A DNA stretch of 64,000 nucleotides, taken from NCBI GenBank assembly GCA_964247055.1, contig OZ176052.1, positions 6,634,001 through 6,698,000 on the forward strand. The letters are read 5' to 3'. A model generated the notes under the pieces. It had not been told where the DNA came from, did not search any database, and worked only from the letters and a program-made list of their open reading frames with translations. Shown piece by piece: positions 1-11,792 of the stretch. Position 1 is the stretch's first letter; each line of letters opens with the position of its first letter. This DNA is from Paragordius varius. Taxonomy: Eukaryota; Animalia; Nematomorpha. The position numbers and the translations under genes were made by a program.

Positions 1-1060
1 TTTTAAAGTTTGTACAAATTATAATTAAGTGTTTTTTGGCTAAAAATATATAAGGTGTTTAACCCCTTTCCATTTTGTTCACTTAGGATTAAGTATTTTG
101 ACTCCTCTGAAATAAAACACAAATGTAACACAAAAAACAGATTTAATATCTCAAGAAGTGAATTAAAAAGGAATATTTAATTTAGCCTAGCCTATCCTTC
201 TTAACAACGATGAGTCTATCAGAGTCTGTCTATCCTACCACAATTCAAAATACATAATTCATGTTTTAAAATTTAATTAAAAGTATGTATAAATGTAGTG
301 TATATATAAGAATTAACTTAAAATAATATTTATATCGATCCAAAAAATCTTGCACAAATTCACGGGATGAGGTGTAAAAGAATAGTTACTAAAATTAAAA
401 ATAATTTACCGATAACTATTTTAAAATATATTAAAAAAACAGGAAATTATAGTGAAGGTATTCCAATTCAAATACTTATAATGTATATGTATATATATAT
501 CAAGGAAATTTAATATTTTAGACACACCAGTACCCTAAAATGGACGATTAAAAATCAATTAAATTAATAGCATTCTATCCCAGACCATATAATGTGTGTC
601 TAGTTGTTAATACAATCGTTTTTGTATTTTTACCAATTTATTAATACATCTTCATAGTAAGAATGTTTTTAATAGCGAACCATTGATTAACAGATTTAAT
701 ATTAAAATAAAAAACTAAAACTGTTTTCTACTATAATGATGTCCTTCTTCAAATACATTCAGTAACATAAGTTTATCCTTTATTGTATTACAGTTATTTC
801 ATTAATTTTGCATCGATTATTTTATGGTAAAAGATTTACAGTCTTTTGCGTGTGTTAATATACTTATTTGTTCTAATAAAATCCATAACAAAAAAGTATT
901 TACATGCATCATAGAGACAATTACCTAGTATATATATTGATTTTCCTCAGAACGATCTTGGTAAAATAAATTTATTTTAAAGATAAACCTATCGCAATAA
1001 TATTTTCTAGGGATATAGCACTCTAAAAATTACCAAAAAGGAAACTGATAACAAACTTAC

Positions 1061-1860
1061 ATTTGAAAATAGTTTGGATACATTTGGAATTTTGGGGCGC
1101 AAATTTGTAAAATGATTTTTTTTGGATTTAATTGTAGGTTCTAAACTGGTTTTTTTATACGCAACATCCATATAAAAAGGAGCCTTTTCATATTTCAAAT
1201 CTTCCACAGTATCTTCAAGATGGTTCTGAATGAAAGATGAGTTCCTAGACGTATCTCTTTTTTGTGAGTAGTTTAAGTTTTTAGCTAAGACTGCTGTTAT
1301 ATTGGGTTCCACCTCCATGTTTTCTTTTGATAACGGTAACGGACTTGGTTTGTGTCCAAGTTCCTTGGTAACATGTCCATTGAGAATCGGGCGTGATCGT
1401 AGATTATTATGATGAATGATGGAATTATTTTTGGGGGGCATAATTAATGTCGTCAATGTCATTTGGTTTTGTGTTGCTGAACCGTCAATAGAATTTAAAT
1501 GTTTCATTCGTTGCATATTTTTTATCGTCTGCGTTATAATTTCTCTCCCGGGTGGCTCTCGTGTAAACGGTACTTTAGTTTGTTTTTTAATGAGTGTAGA
1601 AAGAATATTTATTCGGGAAGAAGAATCAGCCGAGGCCCAACCTTGACCCCCACTTTCTTCAATATTATTAGGGTCTTCTGCATCATCCACCTCCAAATGA
1701 CCAATCGAGGAATCCATGGGACCCCCATTTACTAAATCATAACCACCGTTTCCAACACCATTATTTGCATCGTTGTGGGAATTTCCAATGAAATGGCTCA
1801 ATCGTTTCCACCGTGAATGATGATATTTATGCTGCGGACTTCCATAAACAATGGGGGGTG
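1061..1860 (-). CDS. Large low-complexity coding exon (about 260 codons), probably an internal exon of the ERG-like gene; continues beyond the window
   Basis: The 305-codon stop-free frame (1007-1924) is far longer than background in this AT-rich DNA. There is a perfect donor TCA AAT|GTAAGT at 1060. Candidate acceptors give an exon top of 1860 (phase 1) or 1831 (CAG, phase 0). No recognisable domain, so assignment to the channel gene rests only on position and strand. Confidence 0.55.
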
Positions 1861-3989
1861 CTCGTTGGAACGGCATTGCATTATATATTAGTATACCATT
1901 CCATTTGAAAATAGGACAAAACAATACATACCATTATAAAATATATATAGCGTGATATCGCTTGTTAAATATATGGCGAACGTGAAAAATATTCATGATC
2001 ATTAATGAATAGCGAAAAAGCTCTATTTTTTATTTTTTGAGAATATTGGCTATTCACAAGATAGCGATAACACTAAGGATATCGTAGTAACGCCAGAACG
2101 TCCTTTTTCGGAGGTAATAAGTGGCAAATATACATACAAGCTATACAAAAGTATACCAGTTTCCGAAAAATATCACAAATTTTTTTGACGTGATAAATCA
2201 TATATGAAATGGAATTTAGACAAACGTAAAGTGTAGCACCTTTAATTAATTCCTTTGTTAGATAAAGACTATGGGTAGTTTTAACTGCATATAATAGTGA
2301 TCACTAAATATATATTGCTATATATTCTTGCATATGTAGAAAAAAGGCATTTTTGGTTATAACATCCTCGATCAGCTTTCACAAACGAAATATGATAAAG
2401 TTCATTCAGAGATAAATAATACGTTTCATAAAAAGAATATAATGAAACTGTTATAAAAGAAGATATTGCCATCATAAAATTTTTTTATTTAATGTCCCAC
2501 ACACATCCCTTAATGTGTCTTTCGTACATTTTACACATTTGGTATTCATAGTTTTATTATAAAATTATTGTTGTAGTTATGGATGTGGCAACATTTTTTT
2601 ACAAGGAAATAACTAACCATTTTTATACTTTATAATCATTGGAATTATGTTTTTGTTGCACGCTATAATGCGCAACGGTCATGTTGAATAATAATAATAA
2701 AAAGTTTATAAAGTTATAAAAAAGTTGAGCAGTAGGTCTGCCATATATATGATATATATATATATATCATATACAGTGTGGATTCATCTGTTTGATTTTA
2801 TAGTTTTTTACCATAACATAATATTAATACTATTTTTTATTTATATCATCTTGGTTAAAACTTTAATCCAACCATATATGAGTTCACAAACTTTTTCATA
2901 TTTTTGAGTTAGCGATTTTATTTGCTATTATTTTTTATAATTATAATAGTAAAGGAGGTGTATCAGTTTAATATTAATACATATCATTAACTAATTGCAA
3001 AAATGAAATTATTCTTAATAATTATATTATTTAGAATTAGATAAACTTATATACTGCCCAATTCAAAAAAATGTTGATCTTATCCGGGTGTCCGGATGTA
3101 ATTATTACATTTACCGACTAATAAATTCTTAACCCGGGGCCCGAATAGCTATTTTTTAGACTTATTCGCAAAATTAAAAAATGAAGAGGCAAATTTATAT
3201 TTTTAACCCATCTACATTTTTCCATGTTTCCGAGGCATCTAATGTTATATGGATGCCAACATAAAGTTATATTATATTATATGCTTTTTTTAAACATATT
3301 TTTCTCATACTTGTAAATATCTTAAAAATGAATTTTGTTTTCAAGATATACCCATTAGTTAAATTATAATAAATATTAAATGCCATGTTTTGGAGCGATC
3401 AAACTAAAACAACATAGTAGAGCTACTCATTTGTTTTAAAGTGCCAGAAACTTAGCAATGAAATATTATTATATAAATATGTAACCGAATTTTCAGTGCA
3501 TATAGAAAAGTCACAAATTAGCCAAGGGATTCCCTATATTTTTGGTGGATGATAAAGGCCTTATTTTAAAAAGTTTTATTGAAACATATCATAAAGTAAT
3601 TTAAAAAGAAAAGCAACATCTATTTTATATTTCCATTTATATGTGAGCTCCAAAGGATTCTCGGACAAAAATGGGACAGTTGTCTTAAAATAAACACAAA
3701 CGAGCTGATTTCGCTCGAATGATTTTTGGTATTTCCCACATGGCACAAACTAATTTAAAAACCATACTTTTAAATATTTAAGTTTTGGCTAAACTTAAAG
3801 TGTTTATGGTATTTTGAAGCATGATGGAAACAGTAAAACACTAGATTTCTAAACATATTAATTAATATTATGTAAACAATGGTTTTTACACAAATTTTAA
3901 TAGAAATTTATAGATATTGTGTGATACAGTGAACACGATAAAACATGATGAAATTTATATATTCTAGAAAAATGTATCAGGAATTTCAT

Positions 3990-5030
3990 GGTGCTTTTGG
4001 TTTTGGGGCCTACTAGGGATATAAGAAAATTATTTGTACTTTTGTGGTAAGTGCTCCATATCAGAAAATGGCAAAATTTGAGCACATTTTTTGTAAGAAA
4101 GCTTAATATTTTATTCCAAAAAATATCACTAAAATATATCATAAACTACATATAAAAAGAAAAACAATATTTTTATAATATTTTAATTTTATACGTGGGC
4201 TCCGAAAGTCCCATTTTTTTTCTCTTCCAAAACGGGCTAATCTCTTAAAATAAACCCAAAAATGTCGGGATTGCGTGATAAAATTTATAAATATATTCTA
4301 AATTTTGACATAAGTTTTTTTTAAAAAAATGCATACTTTTTATAAAAATTTAATTTTTGCAAAATTTTTCTTAAGCGTTAATCCTTTTTTAAGTATAATC
4401 AAAACGGTATTAAAACGCTTTTAGCTATTATAAAAACACTTTTTCTATATAATTTAATGATGCTGAACATTTCCATCACCTCATTGATTAAAATATTCGT
4501 TTGTCTTTGAATTTATATCAAATACAGATTGTTTTTTCAAAAATACATCAATATTTGAAAGTAAACGAACCTTTAAATTCAAATTCTGAAGCGATAATAA
4601 GTTCAGTATGATAAAATTATATACAAAGTGATTTATAATATATAAAAGCGTTTTTATATCGTTTCTTCATGCCTAAAAATAGTAGGAAGTACGCTAAAAT
4701 TTTGCTAAAAATTGAATTTTTCTAAAAGTATGTATTATTAAAATATTTTTTGATGTCAATAGCATATATTAAAAATTATACTACGAAATTTCAGCTTTTT
4801 TTGAGTTTATTTTAAAGAACTAGCCCGTAAACGAACAGGGATTCGGAGCTCACATATAAAAATTAAAAAAATATAAATATGTTGTTTTGCTTTTTAGGAG
4901 TAGTTTATGATATATTTTAATATTTTGGGAATAAAGCATTTGCTTTCATCAAAAGAAAATTAATTACAAAAAATTCGGTCGAATTTTGCCATTTTCTGTC
5001 TTAGCACAAAAGTATAAATAACTATCATGA
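3990..5030. mobile_element. Long fold-back (palindromic) non-autonomous element; related half-copies at about 3540-3700 and 6860-7270
   Basis: About 4100-4440 is the diverged reverse complement of about 4620-4960 (e.g. GTGGGCTCCGAA...AAACGGGCTAATCTCTTAAAATAAAC vs GTTTATTTTAAAGAACTAGCCCGT...TTCGGAGCTCAC). Ends are approximate. Confidence 0.65.
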
Positions 5031-5184
5031 AAATATATTATCGGATTTTATTTTGTGATCTTTTTATACAACACCAAACTAAATAATATTAATATTTAAA
5101 AGTTTGAAAATTACCATAAAACACGTATTAACAAAGTCATAATTTTTACAAAAATAAAGATTTAAAAAAATTGATATTATATAT

Positions 5185-5275
5185 AGTAGGTAAGGCGTCA
5201 GACTCCACTGTGTATGTGGAGTACCCGAATCCCAAACTGCGCATAGTTTCATTATGCTGGCAGCCATGAGTGTTA
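5185..5275 (+). mobile_element. Degenerate tRNA-derived SINE-like repeat, copy 1
   Basis: GGTAAGGCGTCAGACTCC...CCGAATCCC..TGCGCATAG..GCTGGCAGCCATGAG aligns by eye with 27264-27410 and resembles a tRNA D-arm/anticodon/T-arm head. Confidence 0.4.
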
Positions 5276-5865
5276 AATCTTTAACACAAGTCCTTTGATA
5301 TAAAAAGAACAAGAGAATCTAAACCGTATAATTTTCAATAATAATAAAAATGTAGAATGTTGACTTTGCGACAAAAATCCGGAAAACGCGTAGGCCCATT
5401 CAAATCCAAAAGTAGAAATTTTTTAAACATTACACCAGTTTGTTATCCTCAATATTTTTTAACCCCATTTATAATTCGTTTGTTTTGATTAAGTCACAGC
5501 ATTTTGCGTTTATTTTTAGAAAACTGACCCTTAGCTAATGTGACCAGATAGGCTGTTTTTCGCAGTACAGTACTGGGTTTTCAAAAATAAACTTCGCATG
5601 TACTGCAACCACTTTTGTACTGCTTTTTGAAATTAATATTTTATAATACATAAATTACCTTTTATTTTTTAAAAAAATTATTTTAGAATTTAATATAGTA
5701 CCCTATGTAAAATAACCCCATAATTTGTAAAAAATGGTTCATTTTGCGGTAAAAAAATAAGATTGGCCTTAATTGGTTAATATTTTATTTTCTGCGCCAA
5801 TTATACATAAAACTTAGGATCGCAGGCTTTCGCGCAGTAGCGAAACTATAAATATCGGACTCCAA

Positions 5866-6272
5866 CAGGGGCGTACCGAGGGGGGGGGGGGCAAGGGGGT
5901 GCATCATGCTCGGGCGCCGTTATTTAGGGGCGCCTAAATGATTTTTTAAATCATTATTGTTCGCCATTATCATAAGATCAAATTCAATATATGCAGCAAA
6001 AACATTATTTTTATATATAATTTCCATATTATAGAATTTATTAGAATATTTATGTATTTAAAAATGAATAAATTTAGTATCATATAATTATATATATATT
6101 TAATAGATTTAAAATTTATATGACTGTTCTATCTTATCTATGATGTTTAGGTTACAACGTTTGTATTTTTTTTCTAAATTGATTTATTGGCTTTTAAAAA
6201 AAAAGGGGGGGGGGGGGGGGGGGGGCGCCATAAAAGTTTATGCCCCGGGCGCCGATGCTCGGTACGCCACTG
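5866..6272. mobile_element. hAT-superfamily MITE, 407 bp
   Basis: 15-bp TIRs CAGGGGCGTACCGAG / CTCGGTACGCCACTG with 1 mismatch. Perfect 8-bp target-site duplication GACTCCAA at 5858-5865 and 6273-6280. Confidence 0.92.
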
Positions 6273-6769
6273 GACTCCAACTGTAAGATTCAGGCTAATG
6301 GCTCTTTCACTCAGGGCTTCCGCAAAAAGAGGTCCCTCAAAATTTAAAATTTACAAAATTAATTTATGTATTTTAATAAATGTTTGATCAGGTTTAGTAA
6401 GTTCATTTTTTATTGCGTAAAATATTATTTAAAATTTATTATATATGGAATATGATTTCGATAGTTGTTTTCCAATTAAAAATTAATATTTTACGTTTTC
6501 TATACACATTAGGTGGAAGGTATGATATTTCTTAATTTTTTTCCTGAACTTTAATTTTTATTAGTCTTATTTTTTTGAATAAACAATTTGATTTTGTTGA
6601 AGCGTACTTTAAACTATTTTGAAGCAGGATGGAAACAGAACACTTTAAGATATATTAAAAATCTTTTTTCTAATAATTGGAAAATTTTAATTTAAAGGTT
6701 TGTTTGCTTGCCCATTTTGATAAATTTCGTAAAAAACACAATAATTCTGATTAAAAATTAGCATTATCG

Positions 6770-6772
<3 letters not shown>

Positions 6773-6840
<68 letters not shown>
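6773..6840. repeat. (TA)n microsatellite, about 34 units
   Basis: Uninterrupted TA run. Confidence 0.95.
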
Positions 6841-6842
<2 letters not shown>

Positions 6843-7707
6843 GTTAAACATCCCAACCGTTTATATCGTTTCCATCATGCTTAAAATAGTGGGAAGTATG
6901 CTTCAACAAAATTTTCTAAAAATTAAATTTTTGAAAGTGTGCATTTTTTAAAAAATATATTTATTTTATATCAAAATATAGCATATATTTTATAATATTG
7001 CACAATGTTGGAATTTTGCGTTTATTTTAAGAGAGCAGGACTTTCAGAGCCGACACCTAAATATTAAAATTTTTAAAAATATTGTTTATATGTAGTTTAT
7101 GTTATATATTAGTGATATTTTTTAAAATAAAGCATTTTGCATTCACCAAAAAATATATTTGAAAAATTGCGCACCTTTTACAATTATATACGGAGCACCT
7201 ACCACAAAAGTGAAATAACTTTCTTTACTAACTCGTAAAGGTTAAAACCAAAAGCACCATGATAATCCTAATATTTTCCTATCATATATATTTCATCAGG
7301 ATATTTTTTGTGGAAACTGTGTACACCGCACCGATGGTTTAAAAGGCAAAGTATGTTTTAATTTTGTACTGCGTCAAATTTTAAAACATCTGGTCACATT
7401 ACCCTTAGCAGAGTCAAAATCACAGACATTCTGAGCTGATAGTAAAAAATAAAATATATTTAGAAAATTATGTGTTGTTTCTAAATATAGTTTATGGTAT
7501 AAATGAGGCTTCTAGCATCTTACAAAAAAGAATTGCGATTTTCGATGGGAGCAATTAGTATAAGGTTGTGATAAAATTTTCATAAGGCCTAAAACCACCT
7601 TATAAGTAATACATATTTCTATCACATTATATTTATTTTATCAATATATTTTTTGTGACTCTTGATTTAAATATGCAAAAAGGCTGCAAATTTTAATAGA
7701 AATATAA

Positions 7708-7740
7708 CTAGCGGCAGTGCCGTTTTGCCACGCATCTTGC
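7708..7740 (-). mobile_element. 3' terminus of a second Helitron-like family (5' end not located)
   Basis: The minus strand reads GCGTGGCAAAACGGCACTGCCG-CTAG|T: a GC-rich imperfect hairpin followed by CTAG and a T target base. Confidence 0.4.
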
Positions 7741-8217
7741 AAATAAATTTAAAGAAATCAAATTATTTAGTATAATCAATATTAAATTTTTTTTACTAAA
7801 AATATAATTCTTTATAAAATATTTTATCCCCAATATTTATATACAACGACTCAGAAAATAATTTTGGTGTTTATACCTTTTAACCTACAATTCTTTTCGG
7901 TTTTTGCTAAAGTGATCTATAATAACATTTATTTTGGGTTCATAATCATATTTATTGTTTTATATTTTCAAAATAATATGATTTTCTGGTGTATGGAATC
8001 ACATTCACTTCGAACGTGTTTCTGATTTAAACAAACACTGATTCGGAGAGATTGAAAAGAAACTCTCCAGTAAAGTTGGTGATGATTCCAACTAAAAAAG
8101 CACCCCAGTCTCACTTTGAAATAAAAACCAATCTAGTTTCGGTTTTACTTTTTATTGCGATAAATGTTAAAAAATTCTAATTTTAATTTTTTGGACGATT
8201 TTTATAGTTTCAACATG

Positions 8218-11170
8218 TGAAACATTGAATCAAACCAAATTTATCTATTTACTAAAATATAATTGACCTTATAGCAAATTTTTATTTCATTTATAAGGTT
8301 TGCCAAAATAATTTACCTTGGTGTCTAATAAATATAAAACAATAACCCAAAATCTCTATTCAAAATATTATGCATAAAAAGACTCTAGATAAAAAATTCA
8401 ATCACCCATTTTCCAACAATCACGTGAGAAGCGCAATAGTGTATTTCTAACTGTTTAAATGCAGAATAGTGTTTTGTTTAATAAAATATAAATGATGTGT
8501 AAACTACTAAACTTAAATAAAGAAATCAGGTAAATTATTTTATTATCTTCAGACAGAAAAATAATAAGTAATCTATATATTTATAAAAATGGAAAGTGGT
8601 GACTTTGTGATCTGTTTCCGGAAAACCGGTAGACCCATATCAAATCCAAATGTGGGAAAAATATAATCTTGAATGCCCCAACATCGCCCTTTTTTCGAAT
8701 TAGGCACCCAGTTCGGGTCCACCCCGTGTAAAAAACGGGTTTTTTAAGAACACAAGTCCACAAAAATTGTGTCTTGGAGACAATTTTCCCGAAAACGTGT
8801 TGGACCATTCGATTTATAATTTTTTTAACCTTATTTTCGATTGCGCCGAACATCGTCGTCTCGCTTTTTTAATTTAGGCCCTCTTTTTACCCGCTCCGCC
8901 CGTAAAATGCCATTTTTTTAAAAAATAAAGTCCACAAAAATAATTTTTTAAATCTATTTTTCACCCAAGGTATGAAACCGTAAAAATTCAATAAGGATTC
9001 CAGATATACTTCGTTAAAAGGCAAAAATTTTAGTCTAGCGGTTTTTTGATGATTGCTGTTGGGTAAGGAGATACCCGCTAAGAACTGACCGGTCATATCG
9101 AAATAGCATACTTTTGGGGATAAATTTTGAAAAACCTATCAGGCCATATGAGATCAATAGGTGCTTAAAATATTACCCGTCACAAGGCAAAAATTTAGGT
9201 CGTGTGATTTTTAAAATTTGCCGTTAATTAGGCTCTTCATGCCCTGAAAAATGCGCGATTATAGATAATTTTTTAATATTGAGGCAATTTTTCCGAAAAC
9301 TAAGAGCATATGGAATCAATCACGATTCCAGGTATTCTCCGTAAAAAGGAAAAAATTTTAATCGGGTGCTTTTTTGTATCAGTCTCTGGGTAAGGAGCTA
9401 CCCGCCTACAACTGCGCCACCATATCAAGATTGCGTTGTTTAGGGAGTTGATTTTCATAAAACATATCAGGCCATATAAGTTAAATAAGGGCCTGAAATA
9501 TTACCCGTAAAAAGGCAAAAATTTAAGTCGAGCGGTTTTTTAAATAAGCGGTTAAATAGGCCTTTTAGCCCTAAAAAATGCGTCCAGGTATTCCCATATA
9601 AAGGCAAAAAATATTAACAAAGGTCTTTTTTATATTGGGATCTGGGTAAGATGCTACCCGCCTAAAACTGGGCCACCATATCAAAATTGCGTTGTTTAGG
9701 AGTTAATTTTCAGAAAACATATCAGGCCATATAAGTTTAATAAGAGCCTGAAATAGTACCCGTAAAAAGGCAAAAATTTAAGTCTAGCGGATTTTTTAAA
9801 TTAGCCGTTATATAGGATATAGGGGGGCTATCCGCGTAGAAATGCCTCACTATGTCGATACAGCATGCCTTTGGAGGCAAATTTCAGAAAACCTATGAGA
9901 CTATGTAACTTCAATAAGGGCATAAATTATTAATTATTCCTTAAAAAACAAATATTTTAGTATAGGGCATTATTTCAATGAGTCGCTAAGAAAAGTTTTA
10001 CGTCCTGAAAAATTCGTCGTCATAGATTTTTTGGTTTTGAAGCAATATTTCTAGGAACATATGGACATTATAATTCAGATAATCCCCATATGAGACAAAA
10101 ATTTTGCCTGACGCTTTTTTATACCTGCCTCTGTAAAGAAGCTACCCGCCAAAAACTGTGCGACTACATAAAAAGTGCGTTGTTTTGGAACTAATTTAAA
10201 AATTATGCCATATGAGCTCATTTAAAGTTCGAAATATTACCCGTAACTAGGTAAAAATTAGGGTCAGTTCTTTTTTAATTAGCCGTTAATTTAGGGCCTT
10301 TATGCCCTAAAAAACCGCCATCATATAACGATTATTTAGTGGTGAGGTATTTTTTCGAAAAACCCATGAGACAATGATCTTAAAGATGATTCCAAATATT
10401 TTCCCTATAAAGGCAAAAAATTTAACTTAGCGCTTTTTCCATATAGGCCTATGGGTAGGGGTCTACCGGTTTAAAACTAAGACGCCATACAAAAATGGCG
10501 TGCTTTGGAGCTAATTTTCAAAAAACTTAAGAAGCCATACGAGTTCAATAAAGGCTTTAAATATTACCCATAAAAAGGTAAAAATTATAATATAGCGGTT
10601 TTTTCCGTTAGCCGTCAATTTGGGGCCTTTACACCAGTAAACAATATATTAGTATGAATGAACCGTTTTGAAAATCCTATGAGATCATAGCTATTAAAAA
10701 ATGTTTCGAAATAATCCACATATATAGATCATTTTATTGTTCCTTTTTTTAAACCCCCAGAAGTCCGAAGGATTTCCTTGGGCTGCGTAGCAGCACGAGA
10801 TTTACGCTAGTTATATAATAAAATAATACAAAAATTGACATGGCATCAAACCAAATTTATCTTTTGACTAAAATATAATTGAACTTTTTATTTCATTTAA
10901 AAAATCGCCAAAGTAAATTATGGTATCGAATAAATATAACAAAAACCAGAAACCCTTCAAAATCTATATTTAAAATATTATGCATAAAACTCTATAGATA
11001 GAAAATTCAATCACTTATTTTCCAACGAGAAGCGCAAAAGTGTTAACTGATTAAATGCAGAATAGTGTTTTGTTTATTAAAATATAATTGATGTGCAGAC
11101 CAGTAACCTTAAATAAAGAAATCAAGTAAATTATTTTATTATCTTCAGATAGAAAAAAACTAAGAAGTTA
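8218..11170 (+). repeat. Diverged direct repeat of about 350 bp (about 8218-8571 and 10836-11170) flanking Helitron copy A
   Basis: Shared collinear blocks such as ATCAAACCAAATTTATCT, AAATGCAGAATAGTGTTTTGTTTA and TAAATTATTTTATTATCTTCAGA in both arms. Confidence 0.8.
8572..10810 (+). mobile_element. Non-autonomous Helitron, copy A (2239 bp), with internal tandem repeats of about 300-330 bp
   Basis: 5' TC (A|TCTATATATTTATAAAAATGGAAAG), 3' hairpin GCTGC-GTA-GCAGC, then CTAG|T. Inserted between A and T with no TSD. Termini are shared with 20802-22462 and 38566-39677. Confidence 0.88.
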
Positions 11171-11792
11171 TGTAATAAAATCATATAAAAAATGGTGCTT
11201 CTAGGGACACATTAGTCTGTGTAAAATAAATTTTACCACCAAATAACTTTTGGTTACTACCTCCAATAATTAGTTTACGCAAACTTGTTTTAAAGCTCCT
11301 AAATAAATAAATAAATATGATAATAAATGGCACCTATGATTAATGTAATATTGCGCTCATTTTATGTGATCGAACTACAACTAAAGAAAAACACCCATTT
11401 TGCTTTTAAATTATATATATAAAATTTATTACCATATCTGGAATCGAATATTCTGTAATAAACGATAAAATGAATTTAAACCAAAAAATAAGAAATAAAA
11501 TTTAGCAAAAATGCGCTCGCTTTCCGGTTTCTAAAGTGTTTTTTTTCTTAAGTGTTATTTCGCAACATTGATAAATCAATTGATTTTTGTGAAGTAAAAC
11601 ACATAATAATAATGTTATGTCCATTTGGCAACATACATATATCTATATTTATGCCGATTTTGGCAATTCACCGATTCCATTAATATCAATAATCATAATA
11701 ATAATTATAAAATTATAGATGTGGCAATTTAATGGCATTTGAAAAATTAAAATAATTAAGCGTATGAAATTATAACGACATACTTTACTCAC

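Noticed and set aside
2006-2475. Coding-looking short frames on both strands upstream of the 1061-1860 exon
   Set aside because: Interrupted by stops, no homology recognised, and no consistent splice path.
5079-5312. Minus-strand ORF with AVWD...TPY, resembling the KCNH S1 region
   Set aside because: Motif spacing and hydrophobicity do not match S1, and the same bases align on the plus strand with the tRNA-like repeat at 27264.
8581-9096. Short ORFs inside Helitron copies (also 21959-22165, 39089-39280, 39438-39668)
   Set aside because: They are translations of the non-coding repeat units; no Rep or helicase motifs, and frames are not conserved between copies.
8990-10620. CRISPR-like or iteron-like regular repeats
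   Set aside because: Eukaryotic context, the whole unit is repeated with no unique spacers, and the array lies within Helitron termini.
11230-11460. Chain of a 20-nt micro-exon and a roughly 60-nt exon linking EKFAQ to the 1860 exon
   Set aside because: Phases can be made to fit, but the peptide has no KCNH similarity and such fits arise easily by chance.
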